This document shows, piece by piece, positions 1 to 9,306 of a DNA stretch of 54,604 bases. Position numbers and translations under genes: made by a program. The stretch lies in the UHGV virus genome UHGV-0184235; one strand, 5' to 3'. The first letter of the stretch is position 1. Each line of letters begins with the position of its first letter. The notes below the pieces were generated by a model. The model was given only the letters and a program-made list of their open reading frames with translations. It did not search any database and had not been told where the DNA came from. This DNA comes from a virus.

Positions 1-420
1 GTGTGTAAACTAACCATTTACAATGAGAGAATGAGAAAAGAAGAACCCAACAAAGCATTGATAGCGCGACTCAACGAGGTCTATGCCAGAGGCATTACCA
101 AAGCAGATATGGCGCGAATAGCCGGAGTCTCGCCTCAGGCGGTCAATAGCTGGTTTAAAAAAGGTGTTATTAGCAAAAAATCAGCACTGGCTATAGCCGA
201 TGCTGTTGGTGTTTCGGTCGCCTGGCTGCTCGGGGAAGATGTCGGCGAGAAAGATGGTATGAAGCCTGACGAACAGCGCCTGCTGGAACTCTATCGCCAG
301 CTGCCGGAAGAAGAGCAGCAGAACATGTTGCGGATCGTGTCTCTGCGCCTTAAGGAACTCGACGAGCTGTACGCCAAGTACATGGGGCGACGGATTAAGG
401 GTGATGGAGAATCGCAATAA
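1..420 (+). CDS. CI/RacR-like prophage repressor, HTH_XRE type (139 aa), with no LexA-like S24 peptidase domain
   Basis: N-terminal HTH signature (ITKADMARIAGVSPQAVNSWFKKG). The short coiled C-terminus has no Ser-Lys dyad segment. It is divergent to the Cro-like gene at the other window end. GTG at position 1 is preceded in frame by TGA at 54602-54604 if circular, and an alternative ATG lies at 31. Confidence 0.7.
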   Translation: MCKLTIYNERMRKEEPNKALIARLNEVYARGITKADMARIAGVSPQAVNSWFKKGVISKKSALAIADAVGVSVAWLLGEDVGEKDGMKPDEQRLLELYRQLPEEEQQNMLRIVSLRLKELDELYAKYMGRRIKGDGESQ

Positions 421-432
421 CTTGAGGTCAAC

Positions 433-588
433 ATGAACACATTCAGCATACTCGCGATACCTTTCTTTGCCCTTTCAGTGGTTCTGTTGACTCTTAGGGC
501 TACCAGGAAGAACCAAGCCAGCTTCATCGTTGGCGGCGTGTTTATGGCGTCAAGTGTGGTTAATGCCGTTATCGGCATGTCTCTTTGA
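433..588 (+). CDS. small two-TM membrane protein (51 aa) directly downstream of the repressor
   Basis: ATG at 433 with a GAGG SD 6 nt upstream. The translation is MNTFSILAIPFFALSVVLLTLRATRKNQASFIVGGVFMASSVVNAVIGMSL. It is not in the ORF track because it is under 60 aa. Confidence 0.4.
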   Translation: MNTFSILAIPFFALSVVLLTLRATRKNQASFIVGGVFMASSVVNAVIGMSL

Positions 589-780
589 GCGCTATGAGAT
601 CAGGCATCCTCGTTACTTTGTCATGTGTGACAGCCTGGTATGCACTCTGCGAGCTTTGATGTGGTTTACCACTTTAATAGTCACCGTATCACTAAACTGA
701 TTAGCTTTACTCATACTCTTGTGGATTCGCTATTTCTGATGTCAATGCAAAAAAATACTAAGGAAACAAAAAGGATACTT

Positions 781-1047
781 ATGTCAGATAACACTATTAA
801 AATCATACCTCAGCACATGACCGCCACATCAGTTCTTATTACGCCTGATCGTGCTGAAACAATCATTACTTTTTACCGCCATGAATTTGAGCATCACATG
901 CAGTCTGATGAGCAAGGAAAGAATAGCTTCCAAGTAAAAGTTGAGTTGACCCCTAACATGTCAGTCTCAATGAGCCCGGATCAAGCTGTTGCATTAGTAA
1001 AATCATTACAGGTAGCTCTCAGGGATAATGGGCTATGGAAAGACTGA
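781..1047 (+). CDS. hypothetical protein (88 aa), immunity-operon cargo
   Basis: ATG at 781 has an AAAGGA SD. The upstream part of the track ORF from 640 is AT-rich and lacks an RBS. It is co-oriented with the repressor. Confidence 0.45.
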   Translation: MSDNTIKIIPQHMTATSVLITPDRAETIITFYRHEFEHHMQSDEQGKNSFQVKVELTPNMSVSMSPDQAVALVKSLQVALRDNGLWKD

Positions 1048-1685
1048 AGCCAGTTTCTTCAGTTCAACCTACCTCAGGAACAACATCATCAGTTCTTCCA
1101 AGTATTATAGTTAGTGCAACCCTAGCAGCGACAACCGTTTCTCCTTATGGGGATCCATCTCAGTACCAAAGTATTGGTATTGATGCTAAGGTATCAAATA
1201 GAGTTTCATACGCCATGGACGAAACGGGTTTGCGCCCAAGTAAGGAAGATGTAGCGATGAAGAGTGATACCCTGGAGGTAAGCGTGAGCGGAATGTCCAG
1301 AGAAGAACTTGACGCAAAGCTTTCACAAAACAAATCAGAGGTAGAGTCTATTGCTGCGGAAATGCGTCGCGAATCAGCTGACTTTAAAACCTATTATACT
1401 CAGCAATTTTCTTCTATTGAGAGAGGTATTGCTGAAATTAAAGGTGAAATCGGCGGTTTGAAAACGGGACTTACAACGACTCAGTGGGCGATGGCCGTTG
1501 GCTTGACTTTAGTTACTGTGATTCTGTCTGGCGTGATGTTAGCCTCAAGTTGGATTATCTCCGGCAATGACAAGTCACCATCAGTAACCAGCCCGGCTCC
1601 AATTATAATACAGGTACCGACACAGCAACCATTAACGAGCGCTCCAACTAACCAATCGTCATCACAACAAGCTCCTAAGCAATAA
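1035..1685 (+). CDS. membrane-anchored protein (216 aa) with an S/T-rich N-terminus, a coiled coil, one TM helix and a P/Q/S-rich C-terminal tail
   Basis: The start overlaps the stop of the 88-aa gene. The TM segment is WAMAVGLTLVTVILSGVMLASSWIISG. It is the last gene before the operon terminator, in the position that rexB occupies in lambda. Confidence 0.5.
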   Translation: MERLKPVSSVQPTSGTTSSVLPSIIVSATLAATTVSPYGDPSQYQSIGIDAKVSNRVSYAMDETGLRPSKEDVAMKSDTLEVSVSGMSREELDAKLSQNKSEVESIAAEMRRESADFKTYYTQQFSSIERGIAEIKGEIGGLKTGLTTTQWAMAVGLTLVTVILSGVMLASSWIISGNDKSPSVTSPAPIIIQVPTQQPLTSAPTNQSSSQQAPKQ

Positions 1686-1687
1686 AT

Positions 1688-1716
1688 AAAACCGGCCACC
1701 GCGCCGGGTTTTTTAT
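1688..1716. terminator. bidirectional intrinsic terminator between the immunity operon and the convergent minus-strand gene
   Basis: The GC stem CCGGC/GCCGG (1692-1707) is flanked by an A-run upstream and TTTTTT downstream. Confidence 0.6.
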
Positions 1717-1720
1717 TGCC

Positions 1721-1990
1721 CTACTCTTCCAGTAACTTCACCGCCAGTTCCATAACCTGAATCTGGTCAGCATCCCACTTATCAAGCCCCTTCGATATTT
1801 CCGTTCGTATCACGTCAGCTATAGACACTTTTTTGGTTTCATGCCCTTCAGCCACCATCGCAAACACAACATCACCCACAATCCGGCACATTTCCTGATA
1901 GCGCAGCTGCGCGGCTTCTTCGTAGTCCATCACTAAACCCTCGGCAATTGATGTTTTTGTGAGCATAACACACGCTCCCTCTTCCAACAT
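1721..1990 (-). CDS. hypothetical protein (89 aa), antisense to the early-left operon
   Basis: Clean ORF ending at the bidirectional terminator. Possible starts are M1 or M9 (MLTKTSIAEG...). It sits between the immunity terminator and the pL-like promoter. Confidence 0.45.
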   Translation of the reverse strand: MLEEGACVMLTKTSIAEGLVMDYEEAAQLRYQEMCRIVGDVVFAMVAEGHETKKVSIADVIRTEISKGLDKWDADQIQVMELAVKLLEE

Positions 1991-2046
1991 ATAAACCTAA
2001 AATTTACACCAAACATCAATTCAAAGTTGACACAACTATAAACCAG

Positions 2047-2075
2047 TGATTTAATCAATATCACAGCAACACGAC
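2047..2075 (+). promoter_or_regulatory. sigma70-like promoter (TTGACA-17 nt-TTTAAT), candidate early-left (pL-like) promoter
   Basis: TTGACA at 2047-2052 and TTTAAT at 2070-2075 with a 17-nt spacer, upstream of the + strand early genes. Confidence 0.35.
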
Positions 2076-2253
2076 CACCCAGGCAGGACGCCCACGAAGT
2101 AGCCGCACCAGGCGTATGAAGATGGTGATGAGGTGGATGAGTTAACGCGCAGCAGGTATCAAACGTTCCGCCAGCTCAGCGATACGAGCAGAGAGATTCA
2201 GTAAATCCCCGCATCAAGAGTAATCATTTGATGCAGGGCCATAACTAATAGAG

Positions 2254-2529
2254 GTGGGGAAAATGAAGATTGAAGTGTCAAAGGTTGATAATCGAGTTTG
2301 CTTACTAATATCCCCAATCACGCTCACTATCGCGGATCGCCTTGCTGCCGCCTATGAAAGCCGCGAAGTCATTGCAGCTTTTGGTACTAGTGTCACGAAC
2401 ATTACTAAGACACCAGGAAGCGAACTCGTCAGCCTCGGCCTCTACTTTAATCACTTGGATACCGCTGTTTTCGTAACGCTCAACCATTTGATTAAAGCGG
2501 ATAAGCCAATCCCGATAGTATTCAGGTAA
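2254..2529 (+). CDS. hypothetical early protein (91 aa), which conflicts with the antisense ORF 2305..2622
   Basis: GAGGTGGGG SD before ATG 2254. It overlaps the minus-strand 105-aa ORF, which also has a good RBS. Only one of the two may be real. Confidence 0.3.
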   Translation: MGKMKIEVSKVDNRVCLLISPITLTIADRLAAAYESREVIAAFGTSVTNITKTPGSELVSLGLYFNHLDTAVFVTLNHLIKADKPIPIVFR

Positions 2530-2622
2530 TACCCATGCATCAGTTAGTACTTTTTTATAGGAATCATACTGTTCCTGGTTCTTGAACCAAAAAACACAGA
2601 TTGGACGTGATGCCATTTTCAT
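2305..2622 (-). CDS. hypothetical W/Y-rich protein (105 aa)
   Basis: AAGGA SD 5 nt before ATG 2622. It has a protein-like composition (FWFKNQEQYDSYKK...) and does not overlap the next + gene at 2709. Confidence 0.4.
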   Translation of the reverse strand: MKMASRPICVFWFKNQEQYDSYKKVLTDAWVLPEYYRDWLIRFNQMVERYENSGIQVIKVEAEADEFASWCLSNVRDTSTKSCNDFAAFIGGSKAIRDSERDWGY

Positions 2623-2708
2623 ATCCTTGCTGGCTGTGTGAGAACTACCAGCATATCACCACCGAGCCTGAAGTGGTGAAAAGACAGGCGCAACAATGGG
2701 GAGGGAAA

Positions 2709-2981
2709 ATGAAAATTGATTTAGATCTCAAGGCGCAGGGAGTTGACGTTTCAACCAGCGGTTATCGCGATTTTGTTAACGCCGAAATTCGCGGCGTTGA
2801 AGTGGATGACGTGCTGGAAGAAATCGAAAGCGATGTACTGTTCGCTGCTATCGACCTGCCGGATTACATCGACTGGGCTGACAACAACAGCAAGTTGCCG
2901 GAAATTCTGGATCGTCTTTCTCCTGACGAGGTCATTAGTTGGCTTCGCGATAACGGGCATCTGGAGGATAACAATGATTAA
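2709..2981 (+). CDS. acidic hypothetical protein (90 aa)
   Basis: ATG at 2709 with a GGGGAGGG SD. The longer track ORF from 2601 lacks an RBS. Confidence 0.45.
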   Translation: MKIDLDLKAQGVDVSTSGYRDFVNAEIRGVEVDDVLEEIESDVLFAAIDLPDYIDWADNNSKLPEILDRLSPDEVISWLRDNGHLEDNND

Positions 2982-3102
2982 CCAGCAGCAAGTCCGGGAG
3001 GCTCAACGCCTTGCATGGTTCGCCGTTCGGCATCGCAATATCCAAGTATGGGAAGAAGCCAAACGTATTTACGCACTTGCTATCGGGAGGACTCTTCACT
3101 GA
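2974..3102 (+). CDS. small hypothetical protein (42 aa)
   Basis: GGAGG SD 5 nt before ATG 2974. It overlaps the previous stop, which suggests translational coupling. Confidence 0.35.
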   Translation: MINQQQVREAQRLAWFAVRHRNIQVWEEAKRIYALAIGRTLH

Positions 3103-3287
3103 TGGAGACGCTATTCGCACTGGTATTAACGGTCGCAATGACCAACGGTGACTTTCAGGATGTGATTCTCGGTGTATATGACAACCAGCAGGAATGCCAG
3201 GCCGCAGTTGTCGAGCAAAAGGTTAATGGTGAGTGCTGGCCTGTTGAGGGAATTATTCGCAACGGAGAGCTGCCAGCAAGCATCTGA
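3102..3287 (+). CDS. small hypothetical protein (61 aa) with a hydrophobic N-terminus
   Basis: ATG at 3102 overlaps the TGA of the previous gene (ATGA-type coupling). Confidence 0.4.
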   Translation: METLFALVLTVAMTNGDFQDVILGVYDNQQECQAAVVEQKVNGECWPVEGIIRNGELPASI

Positions 3288-3296
3288 GGAGGGGTA

Positions 3297-3455
3297 ATGC
3301 AGAAAGAATGCGGTTACTGCCGCAAACCCGTTGAAGAAGGCAAGGAAGTAAAAAACGTATTGCTCTATCTCAACGGTCCGCAACTGGCACAGAAAGAAAA
3401 AGAATATTGCTCTAAACAATGCGCTGAATACGACCAGATGGCGCACGAGAGTTAA
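3297..3455 (+). CDS. small Cys-rich zinc-ribbon-like protein (52 aa)
   Basis: Perfect SD (GAGGAGGGG) before ATG 3297. It carries CGYC and CSKQC pairs. It is not in the ORF track because it is under 60 aa. Confidence 0.45.
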   Translation: MQKECGYCRKPVEEGKEVKNVLLYLNGPQLAQKEKEYCSKQCAEYDQMAHES

Positions 3456-3542
3456 CCAGCAGTCCTGAAATATGAAATAAAAAATTCGCCATTAATTTGG
3501 CGCGGCTTCTTACACCCTGAATTTAACAACCGGAGAAGTTTT

Positions 3543-3830
3543 ATGGAAATCGTAAAAATTGAAATGAACCTGAAAGCAGTGAATAAAGAATTGGCTGTAT
3601 TCAACTGCGAGAAGAAAGTATCAGGCGTTATTCATTCAGCCGAAACGGGTGCGGTCACGGTCATTCTCGACGGTGGCTATGTATTCGGCAAGTTCGACTG
3701 TCCTCTTTGTGCTGTAGAGGCAATTTCAATGCTGTCCGTGAAAGTAAGTGATGGCGATAACGCCGGGTTTGGTAACTACCGAAGCTACAAACTCGATTAC
3801 TCAGAAAAAGTTTTCAGCACCGTTCATTAA
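3543..3830 (+). CDS. hypothetical protein (95 aa)
   Basis: Clean ORF followed by a GC hairpin (GCCCAC-CGAA-GTGGGC) at 3838-3853. Confidence 0.5.
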   Translation: MEIVKIEMNLKAVNKELAVFNCEKKVSGVIHSAETGAVTVILDGGYVFGKFDCPLCAVEAISMLSVKVSDGDNAGFGNYRSYKLDYSEKVFSTVH

Positions 3831-3975
3831 GCGAAAGCCCACCGAAGTGGGCCCGCTATGTCCGGCCTCACCGACCAAAGCGAACCGGACATTCTACCAG
3901 GTAAATCAGAGGTGTTATTAAAGCACCTCTTATCTACACGGTATTAATTCTACACAATTTATTGAGGATAAAGCA

Positions 3976-6942
3976 ATGAGTGGAACTAATCCTGTATTTT
4001 TAGTCCGCAAAGCAAAGAAATCATCAGGCCAGAAAGATGCAGTTCTCTGGTGCAGCGATGATTTTGAAGCGGCAAATGCCACACTGGATTATCTCCTGAT
4101 TAAATCCGGCGCAAAGCTGAAAGATTATTTTAAAGCTGTTGCCACTAATTTCCCTGTCGTTAACGAATTGCCGCCGGAAGGCGAACTCAGCTTAACGTTC
4201 TGCGATTTCTACCAGCTCGGCAAAGACAACATGACCTGGGTACAGATCCCCGGTGTTACGTTGCCCTCTTCTGAGACCGTTGACGCCGCCCGTCAGCGTA
4301 TCGTTGATGGTGTTGATACCGAAACAGGTGAAGTGCTGGAAGATCACACGGAAGATTTTGGCAATGAAGAAGTTGCCAATACCGAAACTGACGAAATTAC
4401 CCAGCACGAACAGGCGTCAACTGAAGACAATGACGATCGACCTGAACACCCTCAGTTAACCGTTGTGGCAACGATGCCCTTCCGTCATCGCGTTCTGGCT
4501 CAACATATTGGCGATGGCGAGTATCTCTATCATGTCGATGCAGAGCAGAAAAAAGCAATTCTCGCTCTGGAAATGGACACAGATAACTCATATGTCCAGA
4601 ACCTTTTACTTGCCGCCGAGAATGTTGAACCATTCAAAAAGGCCATTGAACACGACATCCATAAAGTGGTGAATGCCGTTAAGAATGTGTTTCCTGCCGA
4701 TGGCAAAATCCCTGAGCTGGCAAGCGTTATCCAGTTTCTGAAAACATGGTTCGATACCCCTCATATTGATCGCGGGCTGCTCGTTAAAGAGTGGTGCAAA
4801 GGTAATCGTGTATCAGCTATTCAGCGTACTGAAAGCGGCGCGAACGCTGGCGGCGGAAACAAAACAGACCGCAACCCGGATTATGTCCACACGCTGGATA
4901 CGCTTGATCAGGAAATCGCGCTGGCCACCCTGCCGATGGATTTTAATATCTATGAATTACCTGGTAGCGTTTATCGTCGCGCGAAAGAAATCGTTAAGAA
5001 AAAAGAAAGTCCATTCAAAGAATGGTCCGCAGCACTTCGCGCAACACCGGGTATCCTGGACTATTCCCGCGCCGCTATTTTTGCGCTTATCCGTGGTTCT
5101 GGTGACAACGTTCATCATTTTCCTGACAGCTTACGCAGATACATTAATTCCAACCTGACAGAAATTAATCACGAGAAACCGTCCGCAGAAACTCTGACCG
5201 CCGCCCGCCATGCACCAGAAAAAGACGCAGTGGAAGAAGCTAACCGCCAGCTTGCTGCTGAGCGCGGCGAGTATGTTGAAGGTATCAGCGACCCGAATGA
5301 TCCGAAATGGGTGAAGACTGATGCAGGTAAGCAGGAAGCCGAACCAGAACTGGTGAAAAAGGTTGCCGCAGGCATATTTGACGTTTCTGCTCTGATGCAG
5401 AACTCCTCAACTCATGGCACAAAACAGGAAGCGGAGACCACCAGCGATGTGCAGGTTCAAGAAACTGACGGTAATGAAGAACAGACTGGTGATGCGCTGC
5501 TCGCAAGCGAAAGTGATTTGGGGAATGGTGAAGAGGCAGATACCGGCGAGCAAGCCGATGTAGACCACAATCAGCCGGAAGTGAGCCAGAACAACGATTC
5601 TGCAAGCCATTCTGAGCCAGAAGCGCAACAGGAAGAACCAATGCCAGTGTGGCCGGAATACTTCGAGCCGGGGCGTTATGAAGGCGTACCGAACGAGGTA
5701 TATCACGCGGCGAATGGCACCAGTTCGACGATGGTAAAAGATGCCCGGGTATCGCTGATGTATTTCGAGGCGCGCCACGTATCCAAAACCATCCAGAAAG
5801 AACGCACCAAAGTCCTGGATATGGGGAATCTGGTGCACGCGCTGGCATTACAGCCTGAACAACTGGAAAAAGAATTCAGCATAGAGCCGGAAATCCCGGA
5901 AGGCGCGCTCACGACGACAGCGACGATCCGCGCGGTTATCGACGAACACAACGCCAGCCTGCCGGCATTACTCACCGCAGACGATATCAAAGCGTTGCTG
6001 GAAGAGTACAACGCCACCCTGCCCGCGCCATTACCGCTTGGGGCATCCGTTGACGAATCGTATGCATCATATGAGCAATTGCCTGAAGAGTTCCAGCGTA
6101 TTGAGAACGGAACCAAGCATACCGCCACAGCAATGAAGGCCTGCATCAAAGAGTACAACGCCACCCTGCCGCCGCAGCTGAAAAACAGCGGAAGCCGTGA
6201 TGCGCTGCTTGAGCAACTGACGATCATCAATCCTGATCTCGTTGCACAGGAAGCGCAGAAGCCACAGCCGTTGAAAGTATCCGGCACCAAAGCGGATCTG
6301 ATTCAGGCAGTGAAATCCGTCAAACCTGAAACAGTATTTGCCGACGAGCTGCTTGACGCTTGGCGCGAAAACCCCGGCGATAAAATCCTGGTTACCCGCC
6401 AGCAGTTGAGCACCGCACAGGCCATCCAGAAAGCGCTACTGAATCACCCGACCGCCGGGAAGCTGCTGACGCATCCGAACCGCGCCGTAGAGGTGAGTTA
6501 TTTCGGTATTGATGAGGAAACCGGGCTGGAAATCCGCGTGCGGCCAGACCTTGAAATTGACATGGGAGGCCTGCGCATCGGCGCTGACCTGAAGACTATC
6601 AGCATGTGGAATATCAAGCAGGAAGGCCTGCGCGCCAAACTGCACCGGGAAATCATTGAGCGCGATTATCACCTGAGCGCTGCCATGTACTGCGAAACCG
6701 CAGCGCTGGACCAGTTTTTCTGGATATTCGTCAACAAAGACGAGAACTACCACTGGATCGCCATCATCGAGGCATCCGAAGAACTGCTTGAACTCGGCAT
6801 GCTGGAATACCGCAAAGCAATGCGCGCCATAGCGAACGGGTTCGACACTGGCGAATGGCCAGCGCCGATTACCGAAGATTACGCCGAAGAACTCAACGAT
6901 TTTGATGTGCGCCGCCTTGAAGCGCTTCGCGTACAAGCCTAA
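3976..6942 (+). CDS. recE: RecE-like exodeoxyribonuclease VIII (988 aa) with a C-terminal PD-(D/E)XK (YqaJ-type) nuclease domain
   Basis: GAGGA SD. The C-terminal 260 aa carries the motif RPDLEID...ADLKT...E.K and precedes a RecT-like gene. The long acidic N-terminal region is not conserved. Confidence 0.7.
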   Translation: MSGTNPVFLVRKAKKSSGQKDAVLWCSDDFEAANATLDYLLIKSGAKLKDYFKAVATNFPVVNELPPEGELSLTFCDFYQLGKDNMTWVQIPGVTLPSSETVDAARQRIVDGVDTETGEVLEDHTEDFGNEEVANTETDEITQHEQASTEDNDDRPEHPQLTVVATMPFRHRVLAQHIGDGEYLYHVDAEQKKAILALEMDTDNSYVQNLLLAAENVEPFKKAIEHDIHKVVNAVKNVFPADGKIPELASVIQFLKTWFDTPHIDRGLLVKEWCKGNRVSAIQRTESGANAGGGNKTDRNPDYVHTLDTLDQEIALATLPMDFNIYELPGSVYRRAKEIVKKKESPFKEWSAALRATPGILDYSRAAIFALIRGSGDNVHHFPDSLRRYINSNLTEINHEKPSAETLTAARHAPEKDAVEEANRQLAAERGEYVEGISDPNDPKWVKTDAGKQEAEPELVKKVAAGIFDVSALMQNSSTHGTKQEAETTSDVQVQETDGNEEQTGDALLASESDLGNGEEADTGEQADVDHNQPEVSQNNDSASHSEPEAQQEEPMPVWPEYFEPGRYEGVPNEVYHAANGTSSTMVKDARVSLMYFEARHVSKTIQKERTKVLDMGNLVHALALQPEQLEKEFSIEPEIPEGALTTTATIRAVIDEHNASLPALLTADDIKALLEEYNATLPAPLPLGASVDESYASYEQLPEEFQRIENGTKHTATAMKACIKEYNATLPPQLKNSGSRDALLEQLTIINPDLVAQEAQKPQPLKVSGTKADLIQAVKSVKPETVFADELLDAWRENPGDKILVTRQQLSTAQAIQKALLNHPTAGKLLTHPNRAVEVSYFGIDEETGLEIRVRPDLEIDMGGLRIGADLKTISMWNIKQEGLRAKLHREIIERDYHLSAAMYCETAALDQFFWIFVNKDENYHWIAIIEASEELLELGMLEYRKAMRAIANGFDTGEWPAPITEDYAEELNDFDVRRLEALRVQA

Positions 6943-6954
6943 GGGGGAACTGTC

Positions 6955-8064
6955 ATGGAAAATACCAACATTGTTACAGCCGAACAGCAGGCACCAAACA
7001 CAATCTCTGCAAGTAACTCAATTTTCAACGTACAGGCCCTGGGACAGTTGCAGTCTTTCGCCGGGCTGATGGCTCAATCCGTCGTTACCGTGCCCGCGCA
7101 CTTGGCAGGAAAGCCAGCAGATTGCATGGCTATCGTCATGCAAGCCATGCAATGGGGCATGAATCCATATGCAGTTGCGCAAAAGACGCACCTGGTCAAT
7201 GGGCAACTGGGTTACGAAGCACAGCTTGTTAATGCCGTTATCACCAGTTCCAGCGCCATCCATGGCCGCTTCCATTATCGCTACGGTGGTGACTGGGAAC
7301 GTTGCACCAGAACCAAAGAAGTGACCCGCGAGAAAACAGGGAAAAATGGCAAATACACTGTAACGGAACGCGTTCGCGACTGGACTGATGAAGATGAAGC
7401 AGGCCTCTACATCGAGGTCGGGGCAATTCTTCGTGGTGAAAGTGAAATCACTTGGGACAAACCACTCTACCTGTCTCAGGTAGTTACTCGAAATTCGCCG
7501 CTGTGGGTTTCAAAGCCTGACCAGCAAATAGCCTATCTTGGGGTGAAATATTGGGCGCGGTTGTACTGCCCGCATGTGATTCTCGGTGTTTACACACCAG
7601 ATGAGCTTGAGCAACGTACCGAGCGAGAAATCAATCCGGCGCCAGTCCAGCGCATGAGCGTACAGGAAATCACTGGCGAGGTTAGTACCACGACCAGCGC
7701 GCAGGAATCGGCAACTAACATTGACGCCGTTGCCGACGACCTACGCGACCGCATTGACACAGCAAGCTCCGTTGACCAGGCCAAAGCCATCCGCGTGGAT
7801 ATCGAATCGCAGAAAGCATTGCTGGGAACCGCTCTGTATACCGAACTGAAGAATAAGGCTGTGAAGCGCTACTACCAGGTCGATGCGCAGAACAAGGTCG
7901 AGGCTGTGATCAACTCACTTCCAAATCCTGGCGAACCGGAATCCGCAGCGATGTTCGCTAAAGCTGAAAGTGCTCTCAGCACTGCCAAACGTCATTTGGG
8001 CGACGAACTGTATGACCAGTTCCGCATCACCCTGGACGACATGAAACCGGAATACGTGGGCTAA
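6955..8064 (+). CDS. recT: single-strand annealing recombinase of the RecT/Redbeta superfamily (369 aa)
   Basis: It lies immediately downstream of recE. The N-terminal core pattern (QWGMNPYAVAQKTHLVNGQLGYEAQLVNAV) resembles the Bet motif (QYGLNPWTKEIYAFP...VVGVDGW). Confidence 0.6.
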   Translation: MENTNIVTAEQQAPNTISASNSIFNVQALGQLQSFAGLMAQSVVTVPAHLAGKPADCMAIVMQAMQWGMNPYAVAQKTHLVNGQLGYEAQLVNAVITSSSAIHGRFHYRYGGDWERCTRTKEVTREKTGKNGKYTVTERVRDWTDEDEAGLYIEVGAILRGESEITWDKPLYLSQVVTRNSPLWVSKPDQQIAYLGVKYWARLYCPHVILGVYTPDELEQRTEREINPAPVQRMSVQEITGEVSTTTSAQESATNIDAVADDLRDRIDTASSVDQAKAIRVDIESQKALLGTALYTELKNKAVKRYYQVDAQNKVEAVINSLPNPGEPESAAMFAKAESALSTAKRHLGDELYDQFRITLDDMKPEYVG

Positions 8065-8098
8065 GGGAGGCGGGAGGGGTCGCCCTCCCGGTAATGAC

Positions 8099-8443
8099 AT
8101 GAGCAAATCATTAAATGCACGCTGTATTCGCCGCTGGGAAGTCGAATTTAAACCGCTCTGCGATTCGAAAGTAAATCCGTACTGGCGCAAGCGCGACCTG
8201 CGCGGGTATATCCGCGAAGCGGCGCTCACCACTGCTTACAACATGGTTGAGAGCATGGCTGAGAACAACGCCAAATTTGACTATGAAGGCACGACTATTG
8301 GCTGGTCGCCTGAGTTCTCGGCCTGGTATAACGAACGCCGGGAACACTACCTCAAGGAGGCTCGGGAATACCTGAACGAAGACGCCACCAACGAAGAGAT
8401 AGACGAAGAGATCGAGAACGAGCTGGAGGCCTGGAATGACTAA
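8099..8443 (+). CDS. hypothetical protein (114 aa) with an acidic C-terminus
   Basis: Clean ORF preceded by the GGGAGG-GGTCGC-CCTCCC hairpin at 8071-8088. Confidence 0.5.
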   Translation: MSKSLNARCIRRWEVEFKPLCDSKVNPYWRKRDLRGYIREAALTTAYNMVESMAENNAKFDYEGTTIGWSPEFSAWYNERREHYLKEAREYLNEDATNEEIDEEIENELEAWND

Positions 8444-9044
8444 GCGCGGAATGATTTTTAACGGCGAGATGGTGCGCGCCATTCTTGAAGGTCGGAAAAC
8501 GCAGACGCGGCGCCCAGTTAATTCGTCAACTGCTGACCTGCTTGATTTGCAAAAACAATATCCGCATAAGAAATACAACATTGTTTGCCCGTTCGGTCAG
8601 CCAGGTGATTGCCTGTGGGTGCGAGAGACGTTCCAGGGGCCGCTTGTTTCTGAGGAGTTATTCGAAGAATACCGAGCCTATCCTGAAAAGTTCGAGACGC
8701 CGCAATACTGCGAATATGCCGCCGATGGTGGTGCCAAGCCTGAATACTGTGATCTTGACGATAACCTCCGTCATGGCTGGCGCCCATCCATACACATGCC
8801 GCGCTGGGCATCCCGTATTCTGCTGGAAATCACCGACGTGCGGGTTGAGCGGCTGAAGAGTATCAGCGACGGCGATGCGATACGCGAAGGGTGCAGTGCC
8901 ACCGACATGAAAAGTGGCGACTGTGTTGCTGATGTGTTCGCGCGCCTGTGGAAATCCATCTACGGCAAGGAAAGCTGGCAGGCCAATCCCTATGTCTGGG
9001 TAATCGAATTCAGACGGATCGACGGGGGTGACCATGCGTATTGA
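8436..9044 (+). CDS. ASCH-domain protein (202 aa)
   Basis: The N-terminal FNGEMVRAILEGRKTQTRR matches the ASCH beta-barrel signature (ILsGrKTqTrR). Confidence 0.55.
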   Translation: MTKRGMIFNGEMVRAILEGRKTQTRRPVNSSTADLLDLQKQYPHKKYNIVCPFGQPGDCLWVRETFQGPLVSEELFEEYRAYPEKFETPQYCEYAADGGAKPEYCDLDDNLRHGWRPSIHMPRWASRILLEITDVRVERLKSISDGDAIREGCSATDMKSGDCVADVFARLWKSIYGKESWQANPYVWVIEFRRIDGGDHAY

Positions 9045-9306
9045 AGAACTGAAAAAGCTTCCGAAATTATACCGGGTTATCACTGTTGAACTTGACGTAT
9101 TGCGTAACGGGTTCGGGGCTAATTACGGTGTAATTTACGATGTTGATACCGTTGTTAAACGCAAGGTTCGCCGTGTGTTAGATGCCGATGGCTGGCGCTG
9201 GGCAATGGTCCGTGAGCACCGCAATCAAGAGCAATGGGACTACTTCTTTGAGTACGACAAAGAATGCCTTCATGAACTTAATTACACACTTGGCCTAATT
9301 AAGTGA
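9034..9306 (+). CDS. hypothetical protein (about 90 aa)
   Basis: ATG at 9034 with a GGGGGTG SD. It overlaps the ASCH gene stop. Confidence 0.45.
   Translation: MRIEELKKLPKLYRVITVELDVLRNGFGANYGVIYDVDTVVKRKVRRVLDADGWRWAMVREHRNQEQWDYFFEYDKECLHELNYTLGLIK

Noticed and set aside
2158-2187. The mini-ORF atgaagatggtgatgaggtggatgagttaa (MKMVMRWMS) in the early-left leader
   Set aside because: It has no SD, and 9 codons with four Met is more likely chance.
4192-6290. Several antisense or alternate-frame ORFs inside recE (for example 5285..5848, 5407..5838, 5703..6290)
   Set aside because: They have Arg/Ser/Cys-rich low-complexity translations and no RBS, and lie fully inside a well-supported long gene.
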